Assembly (NCBI GenBank): GCA_965221775.1
Contig: CBDCSU010000004.1
Span: 576,001 to 640,000, forward strand
Length of the DNA: 64,000 nucleotides
Direction: 5' to 3'
From: Candidatus Latescibacterota bacterium
GTDB taxonomy: Bacteria > Latescibacterota > UBA2968 > UBA8231
Shown here: one piece after another, positions 9,767-18,801 of the stretch
How the letters are laid out: every line of letters starts with the position of its first letter
Numbering within the stretch: the stretch's first letter is position 1
The notes under the pieces: generated by a model
The model's input: the letters and a program-made list of their open reading frames with translations, nothing else
What the model was told of the DNA's origin: nothing
Databases searched by the model: none
Position numbers and translations under genes: made by a program

Positions 9767-10470
9767 CGGTGCAGCCGCCGGATGCGCCGAAGCTCGCGCA
9801 GATTCCGCAGACTGCCGGAGACGGGCCGGAAGCGGCTGTCGGGGTCGTCCCGCCAGCACACCGGGATGCGCGCGATGGAATAGCCCGCCTGTGTCGCCAG
9901 CAGCAGGATCTCCACGTCGAACATGTAGCCGTCGACCCGGGCCGACTCGAAGAGCCCGCGCATGACGGGAGCGCGGAAGAACTTGAAACCGCACTGGGTG
10001 TCCGGGAGCTCCCCGAGGCCCAGCCACCATCGCGTCAGGCGCCGGAACTGGGCCGAGCCCCACTCCCGGTAGGGACGGCGCGGGGTCTGGATGTCGGACC
10101 CGGGGAGCGTGCGGTCCCCGATCGCGATATCCGTTCCGGTGGACAGTACCCGGAGAACCTCGTCGAGAGCGGCCGCGTCGGTCTTGTCGTCGGCATCGAT
10201 GAAGCCCACCACCCGGCCCCGGGCGGCCTCGAGGCCCAAACGGACGGCGGCGCCCTTGCCCCGGTTCCGGTCCGACCGGAGGCAGCGCAGCTCCGGCCGA
10301 GCCGCAGCGGCCTCTTCCACTGCCTCCGACGTGCCGTCATCGCTGCCATCGTCGATGACGATGATTTCGTGCTCCCAAGGCCTCGAGGCCAGGAAGGCCC
10401 GCAGCCGGTCGATGGTGCCAACGATGCGGCGGCGCTCGTTGAAGGCGGGGATCAGTACGCTCAGGTCCAT
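9763..10470 (-). CDS. glycosyltransferase family 2 (polyprenol-phosphate glycosyltransferase-like)
   Basis: SVLIPAFNE, IDDGSDDGT, NRGKGAAV, DAD, DTQCGFK. Confidence 0.9.
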   Translation of the reverse strand: MDLSVLIPAFNERRRIVGTIDRLRAFLASRPWEHEIIVIDDGSDDGTSEAVEEAAAARPELRCLRSDRNRGKGAAVRLGLEAARGRVVGFIDADDKTDAAALDEVLRVLSTGTDIAIGDRTLPGSDIQTPRRPYREWGSAQFRRLTRWWLGLGELPDTQCGFKFFRAPVMRGLFESARVDGYMFDVEILLLATQAGYSIARIPVCWRDDPDSRFRPVSGSLRNLRELRRIRRLHR

Positions 10471-10569
10471 GCCGGAAGCACGAAGCAGGACCACACGCCG
10501 GGACGGCGCCTTCGGGTGGCAGGGCCGATCCCCCAGGCTCTATACTCTCGGAAACCGGACGAGGGGGCC

Positions 10570-10917
10570 ATGAGCGAAGAGACGGTATTCGACCGGATCC
10601 TGAGTGGAGGGATCTCCGCCGACATGGTGTACGAGGACGAGCACTGCGTCGCCTTCCGCGACATCAACCCCCAGGCGCCCGTCCACGTGCTGGTCATCCC
10701 GCGCCGCAAGATCACCGGCCTGCAGGCGGTGGAGCCGGCCGATGCCTGCCTCCTAGGGCAGCTGATGGCGGCCGCCTGCGCCGTCGCCCGGCAGGAGGGG
10801 GTCCGGGAGAGCGGATTTCGATGTGTGATCAACGCCGGCGCCCAGGGAGGACAGGAGGTGCCCTATCTCCACGTGCACCTGCTGGGGGGAAGACAGCTTG
10901 GGTGGCCGCCGGGGTAA
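10570..10917 (+). CDS. hinT: HIT family nucleotide-binding protein (HinT)
   Basis: AFRDINPQAPVHVLVIP, GQEVPYLHVHLLGGR, WPPG end. Confidence 0.9.
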   Translation: MSEETVFDRILSGGISADMVYEDEHCVAFRDINPQAPVHVLVIPRRKITGLQAVEPADACLLGQLMAAACAVARQEGVRESGFRCVINAGAQGGQEVPYLHVHLLGGRQLGWPPG

Positions 10918-10949
10918 CGGCTCCGGGAGCTCGTCGGAACTGTGTGGCG

Positions 10950-11573
10950 TCAGTCGCGCCGGATCAGGACGATGCCGTTGGCAGCGCCTGGCACGGCACC
11001 CTTGATGAACAGAAGGTTGCGCTCCCCGTCGACGCGGACGATCTGCAGGCCCCGGGTGGTGACCCTGCGGTCCCCCATGTGGCCGGGCATCTTCTTGCCC
11101 TTCCACACCTTGCCGGGCGTCGTTCCCTGGCCGATGGCGCCGGGGTGCCGCACGCGGTCGGGCGTACCGTGAGAGGTGTTCTTGCCGCGGAAGCCGTAGC
11201 GCTTGACGACGCCGGCGAAGCCCTTGCCCTTGGATCGGCCGGTGACCTTGACCGTGTCGCCCGCCTCGAACTGGGAGACGTCCAGCACCTGACCGACCTC
11301 GAATTCCGCCTCCACCCCTTCGGTGCGGACCTCTCGCAGGTGCCGGTGGGGGGCCACGCCGGCCTTGGCGAAGCGGCCGCCGGCCGGCTTGTTCCGCTTG
11401 CGCGCGGGTACCTCCTCGAAAGCGAGCTGCACGGCCGCGTACCCGTCCCTGTCGGGCGACTTGACCTGGACAACGGGGCAGGCTCCCGCGGCGACGACCG
11501 TCACCGGGACCAACTCCTGCCGATCGTTGTACATCTGGGTCATGCCCAGCTTCTTGCCGATCAAACCGGCCAT
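10950..11573 (-). CDS. rplC: 50S ribosomal protein L3
   Basis: GLIGKKLGMTQ, DGYAAVQL, SKGKGFAGVVKRYGF, KGKKMPGHMG, KGAVPG. Confidence 0.97.
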   Translation of the reverse strand: MAGLIGKKLGMTQMYNDRQELVPVTVVAAGACPVVQVKSPDRDGYAAVQLAFEEVPARKRNKPAGGRFAKAGVAPHRHLREVRTEGVEAEFEVGQVLDVSQFEAGDTVKVTGRSKGKGFAGVVKRYGFRGKNTSHGTPDRVRHPGAIGQGTTPGKVWKGKKMPGHMGDRRVTTRGLQIVRVDGERNLLFIKGAVPGAANGIVLIRRD

Positions 11574-11656
11574 CTGGCTATCCTCGTCCACTTGTTCCCG
11601 CGGGATCGGCTGGGCCCACCGCACGGGCCTCTTGGCTTCTCGGATTGAAACATGAA

Positions 11657-11685
11657 AAGGTAGGAAGCGCCCACCACCTTGGCAA
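11657..11685 (-). promoter_or_regulatory. putative sigma70 promoter for rplC
   Basis: TTGCCA-N17-TACCTT on the minus strand, about 80 nt upstream of the ATG. Confidence 0.55.
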
Positions 11686-12596
11686 TATCGTCCGATCCGC
11701 GGGCGCCGCTGGATGCCGTCCTCCGCGGAGGGGCCCTCGGGGACTTCGTCCTGACTTTGCCCGCCATCGCCGCTCTGCGAGAATCGGGAGACGAGGGGAT
11801 GCTGATCATCGGCGATCCCTCCCGCGCCCCTCTGGCTTCACCGACGGGGATCGTCAGCGACGATTCCGCAGCCTGGTCCCGCCTCTACGCCGGCGGCCCT
11901 CCGGAGCCGTCCCTGCGTCGGCGGTTCGCCGGTTGCCGGCGCCTGCTCGCCTACGTCCCCGGCGGCGAGGCGTCCGCTCCCGGCCTGGTGGCCTCTCTGC
12001 GCCAGTTGGCCGCCAAGGTGGTCGTCGCCGATCCCCTCCCTGCCGAGGGGGGAGGCATCCACATGGCCTCCCACTTGTCGCGCCCCCTCGCGGAGTTCGG
12101 CATCCGGCCGCCCGACGCTCCCCTGCCCCGCGTCGACGTGCCCCCCCGAACCCGGAGGCGGGGTCCGGTGGTCGTCCACCCCGGCAGCGGGAGCCTTGAC
12201 AAGTGCTGGCCGGTCCCGCGCTTCGCGAGGGTTCTCGAGTGGATCTCGCGCCGGGTTCCCGCCGTCGTGCTGTGGGGACCCGCCGAGGAGGCCCGTCGAG
12301 AGCAGCTCGACCACTTCCTGCCTCTGAATCGCCTCTCCCCCGCAACGCCCGTCGAGCTGGCACAGGCCCTGGCCGGCGCCCGCCTGTACATCGGCAACGA
12401 CTCGGGACCCGGTCATCTCGCGGCGGCGGTGGGCACACCCACCATCTCTCTCTTCGGACCCACCGATCCCTCTCTATGGCGGCCGTTGGGCCCCCGGTCC
12501 ACGGTGATCGAGGCGCCCGGGGCGCACATGGATTCCCTCGCCGTTGAGGAAGTCCTCCGCTCGGTGGAGGCGGAGCTGGCCCTGGACCCATGCTGA
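11679..12596 (+). CDS. glycosyltransferase family 9 (LPS heptosyltransferase-like); start uncertain
   Basis: GALGDFVLTLP, HPGSG..KCWP, GNDSGPGHLAAAVG, LFGPTDP. Confidence 0.88.
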   Translation: MAISSDPRAPLDAVLRGGALGDFVLTLPAIAALRESGDEGMLIIGDPSRAPLASPTGIVSDDSAAWSRLYAGGPPEPSLRRRFAGCRRLLAYVPGGEASAPGLVASLRQLAAKVVVADPLPAEGGGIHMASHLSRPLAEFGIRPPDAPLPRVDVPPRTRRRGPVVVHPGSGSLDKCWPVPRFARVLEWISRRVPAVVLWGPAEEARREQLDHFLPLNRLSPATPVELAQALAGARLYIGNDSGPGHLAAAVGTPTISLFGPTDPSLWRPLGPRSTVIEAPGAHMDSLAVEEVLRSVEAELALDPC

Positions 12597-13243
12597 GATT
12601 CGGACACCGGAAGGCGGACGACCGGAAGCTGCGCACCCGGATGGTGAAGGATCAGCTGCGGCGCCGGGGGATCCGCGATGAAAGGGTCCTGTCCGCCTTC
12701 GAGCGAGTGCCCCGCCACGCCTTCGCTGACGGCGTGGATCTGGCGCGCTGCTACGGCGACCACCCCCTGCCGATCAGCTGCGGCCAGACCATGTCGCAGC
12801 CTTACGTCGTAGCCTACATGCTCGAGACGGCGGGGATTGGCGAGGACGACCGTGTCCTCGAGATCGGCGCTGGCTGCGGCTATCAGACGGCCCTGCTGGC
12901 GGAACTCGCCCACCAGGTCATGGCCCTGGAGTACCACGAAGAGCTGGCGACCCCGGCCCGCCACCGGCTCCACCGGCTCGGCTACGCCGGAGTCGATCTC
13001 CGGGTCGGTGACGGACACTTCGGCTGGCCGGGCGGCGGCGTCTTCGATGTCGTCATCGGCTCGGCGGCTGCGCCCCGCATCCCCGACCCCCTCCTCGCGC
13101 AACTGGCACCGGAAGGACGGCTGGTCATGCCACAGGGAGCCGGTACCGACCAGCAACTGGTTCTGGTCCGCAGGTGCTCCACCGGCTTCGACCAGCGACG
13201 GCTGCTGCCCGTGCGCTTCGTGCCCTTCCTGGGTGAGGGGTAG
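12590..13243 (+). CDS. pcm: protein-L-isoaspartate O-methyltransferase
   Basis: VPRHAF, GQTMSQPY, VLEIGAGCGYQ, VRFVP. Confidence 0.92.
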   Translation: MLRFGHRKADDRKLRTRMVKDQLRRRGIRDERVLSAFERVPRHAFADGVDLARCYGDHPLPISCGQTMSQPYVVAYMLETAGIGEDDRVLEIGAGCGYQTALLAELAHQVMALEYHEELATPARHRLHRLGYAGVDLRVGDGHFGWPGGGVFDVVIGSAAAPRIPDPLLAQLAPEGRLVMPQGAGTDQQLVLVRRCSTGFDQRRLLPVRFVPFLGEG

Positions 13244-13247
13244 CTCC

Positions 13248-13760
13248 TCACTCCACGGCTTCGACGATCTCGATCATCACCCGTGCCGTCCCCTGCTTGA
13301 CCATCTCCAGCTCCAGGGCCGCAGCGAAGGAGAGATCGAGGATCCGCCCCTCGATGTACGGTCCGCGATCGTTCACCTTGGCCACCACCCATCGGCCGTT
13401 CTCGAGATGGGTGACCTTCACCACCGTGCCCAGGGGAAGCACGCGATGGGCCGCGCTCACTTTGTACATGTTGAAGGTCTCGCCGTTGGCCGTCTTGCGA
13501 CCGTGGAACTTCTTCCCGTAGTACGAGGCGATCCCGATCTGGTAGGCCTTGTCGGTGGAGATCTTGTCGAGGTCGACGGGATGGGCGGGGGCCTTGGGAC
13601 GAATGACAGGCGGAGGCTTCTTGTTCCGGCCGCGGTCGCCGGGGGACTGTGCCTTCCTGGGACTGGCCGGTGCGGAGCCCGGTTGGCTGCGGTAGACGGG
13701 GGCTGGCGAGCAACCGTCGAGCAGGATGACGAGGGTGAGGGCGGCGATGTAGCGTGCCAT
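13248..13760 (-). CDS. rlpA: septal ring lytic transglycosylase RlpA family lipoprotein
   Basis: Lipobox-like LDGC; GIASYYG..FHGRKTANGE, AAHR.LP, VNDRGP, ILDLS. Confidence 0.92.
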   Translation of the reverse strand: MARYIAALTLVILLDGCSPAPVYRSQPGSAPASPRKAQSPGDRGRNKKPPPVIRPKAPAHPVDLDKISTDKAYQIGIASYYGKKFHGRKTANGETFNMYKVSAAHRVLPLGTVVKVTHLENGRWVVAKVNDRGPYIEGRILDLSFAAALELEMVKQGTARVMIEIVEAVE

Positions 13761-13779
13761 TGGGTCTCGCCAGGAACAC

Positions 13780-14691
13780 TCAGAGCCTGAGCGTGCCCAC
13801 CAGGCTCTCCACTCGGTCCACATCCTCCTGCCGGCAGTACTCCTCGATGCCATCGACGATCCCGTCCGCGGCGGCGGGCTCGACGAAGGTGGCGGTCCCG
13901 ACCTGGACCGCCGTCGCTCCGGCGACGATGAACTCGAGAGCGTCGGTGGCGTTTGAGATGCCCCCGAGGCCCATGATCGGCAGATCCACGGACTGCCTCA
14001 CCCTGTGCACCATCGCCAGGGCCACCGGCTTGATCGCCGGGCCGGAGAGCCCTCCCGTCACGTTGGCGAGAAAGGGGCGGCGCGATGGCAGGTCGACGGC
14101 CATGCCCAGAAGGGTGTTGATCATCGACAGGCCGTCCGCTCCCGCATCCGCCACGGCCCGGGCGATGGCGGAGATGTCGGTCACATTCGGCGTGAGCTTG
14201 GCCACCACCGGCCGCCTCGTCGAGTCGCGCACGGAGGCTATCACCTCGGCCGAGGCCCTGGGACTGCAGCCGAAGAGCATGCCCCCGTCCTTCATGTTTG
14301 GAGAGGAGATGTTGACCTCGATAGCGGCGATCCCCTCCGCTTCGTCGAGCCTGGCGGCCATCTGCCCGTGAAGCCGGGGCGTGGGCGCGGCAATGTTGAC
14401 GATGACCCGCGTGTCGAGCCGGGAGAGGAAGGGCCACTTGTCGGACAGGAAGGCCTCCAGCCCCGGGTTCTGCAAGCCGATGGAATTGAGCATTCCCGCC
14501 GGCGTCTCCACGACGCGGGGCGGCGGATTCCCGGAGCGCGGTTCAGGTGTGATCGTCTTGGTGACGATGCCCCCGAGGCGCGCCAGGTCGATGAATGGCG
14601 TGAGCTCATCTCCGTACCCGCAGGTGCCGGATGCGAGGACCACCGGGTTGCGCAACTCGATGCCGGCGAAGGTCGTCTTCAGGTCGACCAT
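13780..14691 (-). CDS. pyrD: dihydroorotate dehydrogenase (family 1B catalytic subunit)
   Basis: NPVVLASGT, MLNSIGLQNPG, NISSPN, KLTPNVTD, GGLSGPAIKP. Confidence 0.93.
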   Translation of the reverse strand: MVDLKTTFAGIELRNPVVLASGTCGYGDELTPFIDLARLGGIVTKTITPEPRSGNPPPRVVETPAGMLNSIGLQNPGLEAFLSDKWPFLSRLDTRVIVNIAAPTPRLHGQMAARLDEAEGIAAIEVNISSPNMKDGGMLFGCSPRASAEVIASVRDSTRRPVVAKLTPNVTDISAIARAVADAGADGLSMINTLLGMAVDLPSRRPFLANVTGGLSGPAIKPVALAMVHRVRQSVDLPIMGLGGISNATDALEFIVAGATAVQVGTATFVEPAAADGIVDGIEEYCRQEDVDRVESLVGTLRL

Positions 14692-14695
14692 TCCC

Positions 14696-15508
14696 TCACC
14701 ACTCGACGGTTCGGGCGTCGTACACGGGCCCGTCAACACAGACCCGACTGTACCGATGATAAGGATCGAGCCCGTTTTCGGCTCGCCCCACCACGCAGCC
14801 CACGCAGACGCCGAAGCCACAGGCCATGTACTCCTCCAGGGAGGCGTAACAGCGAACCCCGAGGTCCGCACAGATGCGGGCCACGGAGGCCATCATGGGA
14901 TGTGGTCCGCAGGTGTAGACCGTGGGCTTCGGAGCCGCCAGAGCCTGAACGAGCAGGTCCGTGACCCGCCCGGGGTGGCCCAGCGAGCCATCGTCCGTCG
15001 CCCGCAGGAAGCTTGCCGCCGCGGGGTGGAACAGCTCCTCGGGCAGGTGCCGCTCGGCACTCCGGGCGCCCGCCAGGAGGAGGACATGGCGGCCCTCCTC
15101 GCGAAGGCGCCGGCCGAGGAACAGCAGCGGCGGCAGACCGATCCCCCCTCCCACGAGTAGCGCGGTACCCTCGCCCTCAAGCAACGGGAATCGATTGCCC
15201 AGGGGCCCGAGGCAGCCGATCGTCTCCCCCTCGGGCAGCCGCGACAGAACCCTCGTCTTGGGGCCGACCCGGTCGTAGAGGACGTCCACCGTCCCCTCCG
15301 CCGCGTCGACTCCGGCCACGCTCATGGGTATGCGGAGGTATGGCGAGAGCAGGCCGGGCCGGGGCTGCAGCTGCAGGAACTGCCCCGGATGAGCCTCCAC
15401 CGCCGCCCCGGGTACCTCGAGGCGGGAAAGGAAGAACCCCGCCGCCACCTCGACGGTCTCCCGCAGGCGTGCCGGAGCGTCCACGGGAGGGCGGAACGGG
15501 GCCGTCAC
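14696..15508 (-). CDS. pyrK: dihydroorotate dehydrogenase electron transfer subunit
   Basis: PGQF, GPLGN, GGGIG, TDDGSLG, CGP, MACGFGVCVGC 2Fe-2S motif; adjacent to pyrD. Confidence 0.92.
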   Translation of the reverse strand: MTAPFRPPVDAPARLRETVEVAAGFFLSRLEVPGAAVEAHPGQFLQLQPRPGLLSPYLRIPMSVAGVDAAEGTVDVLYDRVGPKTRVLSRLPEGETIGCLGPLGNRFPLLEGEGTALLVGGGIGLPPLLFLGRRLREEGRHVLLLAGARSAERHLPEELFHPAAASFLRATDDGSLGHPGRVTDLLVQALAAPKPTVYTCGPHPMMASVARICADLGVRCYASLEEYMACGFGVCVGCVVGRAENGLDPYHRYSRVCVDGPVYDARTVEW

Positions 15509-18500
15509 TCCGCGCCCGAGTCCGGCTGCTCCACCCCGGACATCGGTGGAGCCGCGGCCTCTCCGGCAACGTCCTTCCCGGCCGCCACGAGCGGCGGCTC
15601 CTCTGCCGGGCGGCCCCCTGAGGGCGGGGTCCGGTCCTCCCCCGCCTCCGGGAGAGGCGGCGCCATGGAGACCTCCACTTCCACCCAGGCGCGAACCGGC
15701 CTCTCGTCCACCCCTTCCGCGGGGTAGAAGGTGTAGCCTCCGACGGCGGCGAGGGCCGCCGCGGCGAAGGGCTCGTCTCCCCGATAGAGGGAGATCTCTT
15801 CGGCCTTTCCGGTCTCCGACACCAGCACGTCGACGAGAACGGTGCTCGAATCCGTCTGCCCCGGCGGGTACTCCGGCGGGGGGGTGGAGCGTACCATGGG
15901 AGGCTCGGCGACACCGAAGTAGCGCAGGGGCATCTCCAGATGCTCATCCTCCGGCTCGAGCTCCAGCCGCTCCAACTGGTCGATGTCGAGGGGTTCGGAC
16001 TCCGCCGTGTCGAGTCCGGGAAACCGGAGCAGCAGCTCGCCGACACCGGCCGACTCCCGGTCCCTGCGGAGGATGGTGCGGAGATAGCTGTTGGCCGAGT
16101 CCGCCTGGCCCCGCCGCACGTGGTAGGCGAAGAGCCGGTAATGAGGGAGGATGGACCTGGATCTCTGCTTCAGGGCCCGGCGCATGTAGTCGACGGCGTC
16201 CTCCAGGTATCCCTGGCGCCAGTTGCCCTCCCCCAGGCCGACGACGGGCTCGGTGTTGGCGGTCTGCATCTCGTCGAGACTGAGCTCGAACAGCTCCCGG
16301 GCGGTGCTGAAGTCCCCCCGGCGCACGGCGCGCATGCCGAAACCCACGTGGTTCTTCGCCCTCGAAACGGAATCCTCGATCACCGGCTCGACACCGACCA
16401 GGAGGAGGTGGTCTCCCGGACCGGTGCCCTCCCTCAGGCTCCTCAACTCGCGCTCGAGGCGGTCCACCACTCCGTCCCGTTCGGCCTGTCGCCGGCGTTG
16501 GACCAGATCGGCGTGCCTGGTCCCCGGATAGTGGGCAAGGACCGAGTCGTACCTCCCCGCGGCACCCGTGGAGTCCCCCTGGAGATTCTCGGCGGCCCAG
16601 GCGGCCAGGAAGATCGCCCGCCCGGAGACCTTTGTCCCAGGATAGGCGCCGGCCAGCTCATCCAGCCGGGGAACCCAGCGAGCCGGCTCATCCGGGAAGT
16701 CCAGACGCATCCGCTCGATATCGTCGAAGATCCGGGCCGCCTGCTCCTCCGCCGACGCCTGCGCCGCCAGTCCGAGATACCGCCGCGCGGCGCTGGCGTG
16801 CTCCGTGGCCGGATGGCCGGCCACCAGGCGCTCGAGGACAGGCCGGGCCGCCACCGTGTCCGCCTTCTGCTCGATGTGGGTCCACGCCAGGTTGTAGAGG
16901 GCCCTGGGAATCTCGCGGGACCCGGGAAAGCGGTCGGCGATGGCCTGGTAGAGCACCGCCGCCGAATCGGGGAGCCCCAGGCGGTCGCGGTAGACTTCGG
17001 CGGCCGAGAACAGGTTGTCCATGAGGGTTGGCGGCCGGTCCGCGCCAGGCCGGCGCGCCTGCAGCAGCCGCCGGCGCCTTTCCCGGGCCCTCTCCTCGGC
17101 CCCCGGGCCTTCCTCCAGGGGCGGGCGGGCCACGAGCGGCACCCACCCGCCGAGGGAATCCCGGGCCACCACGTAGCCCTCAAGCCCAAGAGGGTCCTCC
17201 GGCTCTTGCGGCTCCGGAGGCGAAGCCTGGACGGCGGTGGAATCGGCGTCGGCACCATGGGGAATCGTCGCGGCGGAGCTGTCTGCCCCGGCGGTCGACC
17301 GAGCCGCCGCGAGCAGGCTGTCCACGGCAGTCCCTGCCCGGGCCTCCGTGGCGACACTGTCCATCGCACCCGTCCGGATCGAGCTGGTGGAGATCTCGGG
17401 TCCTCCGGCCCCGGCGGCAGTCGAGGCGGCGGGCATGGCGGCGGCGGCAACCGTCGTATCCGGCCCCGTCGAGGCGTCCGTCACCGGTCCTCGACTGGCG
17501 CGGGGGTCCGCGGGAAGGACGTCGGGCGCCGGGGCTGCCTCCGTGCCGGGCCGCGCTCGTACCGAATCCGGAGCCGTGGCCGCACCGACGGCAGCCATGG
17601 AGTCCGCCTTGCCGGGCTCCGCTTGCAGCGAATCGACGGCCGGGCCCATGGGCAGGGCCGCGGCCGTGGAGTCCGCCCGGTAGATCTCGTCGAGCAGAGC
17701 GTCCAGCCGATCCGTGGTCTGGAGCATCACCCCGGCCAGTGAGTCACCCTCGGACCCTCGGCGCTCCTGGCCCACCTCCCTGAAGTACTCCTGGGCCTGC
17801 TGCCGGTCGCCGCGGTCCTGCAGGTAGACCAGGCCCGTCTGGTAGAGCGCCATGGCGGACACCCCGGTGCCCGGGAAGTCGTTGCGCACACGCTCGAACT
17901 CGTCCAGCGCCGCCGAGGGAGCTCCGCTCTCCCGGTGGTAGCGGCCTATCAGGATCCGCGTCTCCCCCTCCCAGGGGCGGAATCGCCCTTCCCGGAGCAG
18001 GGACCGGTAGGCTTCGAGGGCGGCAGCCGATGCGCCCTGGTGGTAGAGCACGAGGCCGCGATTCAGGCGGGCCCGGTACTGCACCGAGTCCGCCCGAGCC
18101 TCGTCGATGGCACGCTCGTAGGCGACGGCGGCGCTGTCGAGATCGTTCGGACCGCCCAGGGAGAGGTGGGCGTTGCCGATCCGCAGCCACAACCGGTCGG
18201 ACAGAGGGGTCCTGGGGAAAGCCCCGAGACTCGTCCGGTAGTCCTGGATGGCGGCCCTCAGGTCCCCCCCCGCGAAGGCCATGTCGCCGAGCTCCATACC
18301 GGCGCGGCCGCCGACGTCGCTGCCCTCCAGGATCAGGGCGGTGAAGAGGGCCCGGGCCTCTCCCACCTCGCCCTGCTCGCGCAGGCATCGCGCCCGCCAG
18401 AGCCGGGCCCGGTCGACGTACTCGCTGTCGGGGAAGTTCCGCTCGAGATCCTCGAACGACCTGGCTCCGTAGGCGTAGTCCCGCTGCCAGTAGAGCGCCC

Positions 18501-18801
18501 GGCCGGCGAGGAACATGGCGTCGTCGACGAGCTCGCTGTCGGGGTACTTCTCCAGAACGATCGAGGCCTTGCGAACGGCCTTGTCGTACAGGCCCTGGTA
18601 GCTGCCGCCCCGCCTCCCGCGGCCGGACGGCCGGCCCGCCTCCGAGCCCGCGCGCTCCTCTTCCACCTCGGCGCGGGCCTTCTCGGCCTGCCGAAAGAAC
18701 TTCTCGGCGTTGTAGTAGGTGTTGAAGTAGACGCACGACGCACTCGACGTGAGGACCAGTCCCGCCGCCAGGGCCAGGTGGACCGGCCGCCGGTCAGCCA
18801 C
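15505..18801 (-). CDS. TPR-repeat lipoprotein with low-complexity linker and C-terminal TonB-like domain
   Basis: Signal peptide plus [10 protein letters not shown]; many TPR-like repeats (YPDS, FPGT); C-terminal [27 protein letters not shown]. Confidence 0.75.
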   Translation of the reverse strand: MADRRPVHLALAAGLVLTSSASCVYFNTYYNAEKFFRQAEKARAEVEEERAGSEAGRPSGRGRRGGSYQGLYDKAVRKASIVLEKYPDSELVDDAMFLAGRALYWQRDYAYGARSFEDLERNFPDSEYVDRARLWRARCLREQGEVGEARALFTALILEGSDVGGRAGMELGDMAFAGGDLRAAIQDYRTSLGAFPRTPLSDRLWLRIGNAHLSLGGPNDLDSAAVAYERAIDEARADSVQYRARLNRGLVLYHQGASAAALEAYRSLLREGRFRPWEGETRILIGRYHRESGAPSAALDEFERVRNDFPGTGVSAMALYQTGLVYLQDRGDRQQAQEYFREVGQERRGSEGDSLAGVMLQTTDRLDALLDEIYRADSTAAALPMGPAVDSLQAEPGKADSMAAVGAATAPDSVRARPGTEAAPAPDVLPADPRASRGPVTDASTGPDTTVAAAAMPAASTAAGAGGPEISTSSIRTGAMDSVATEARAGTAVDSLLAAARSTAGADSSAATIPHGADADSTAVQASPPEPQEPEDPLGLEGYVVARDSLGGWVPLVARPPLEEGPGAEERARERRRRLLQARRPGADRPPTLMDNLFSAAEVYRDRLGLPDSAAVLYQAIADRFPGSREIPRALYNLAWTHIEQKADTVAARPVLERLVAGHPATEHASAARRYLGLAAQASAEEQAARIFDDIERMRLDFPDEPARWVPRLDELAGAYPGTKVSGRAIFLAAWAAENLQGDSTGAAGRYDSVLAHYPGTRHADLVQRRRQAERDGVVDRLERELRSLREGTGPGDHLLLVGVEPVIEDSVSRAKNHVGFGMRAVRRGDFSTARELFELSLDEMQTANTEPVVGLGEGNWRQGYLEDAVDYMRRALKQRSRSILPHYRLFAYHVRRGQADSANSYLRTILRRDRESAGVGELLLRFPGLDTAESEPLDIDQLERLELEPEDEHLEMPLRYFGVAEPPMVRSTPPPEYPPGQTDSSTVLVDVLVSETGKAEEISLYRGDEPFAAAALAAVGGYTFYPAEGVDERPVRAWVEVEVSMAPPLPEAGEDRTPPSGGRPAEEPPLVAAGKDVAGEAAAPPMSGVEQPDSGAE

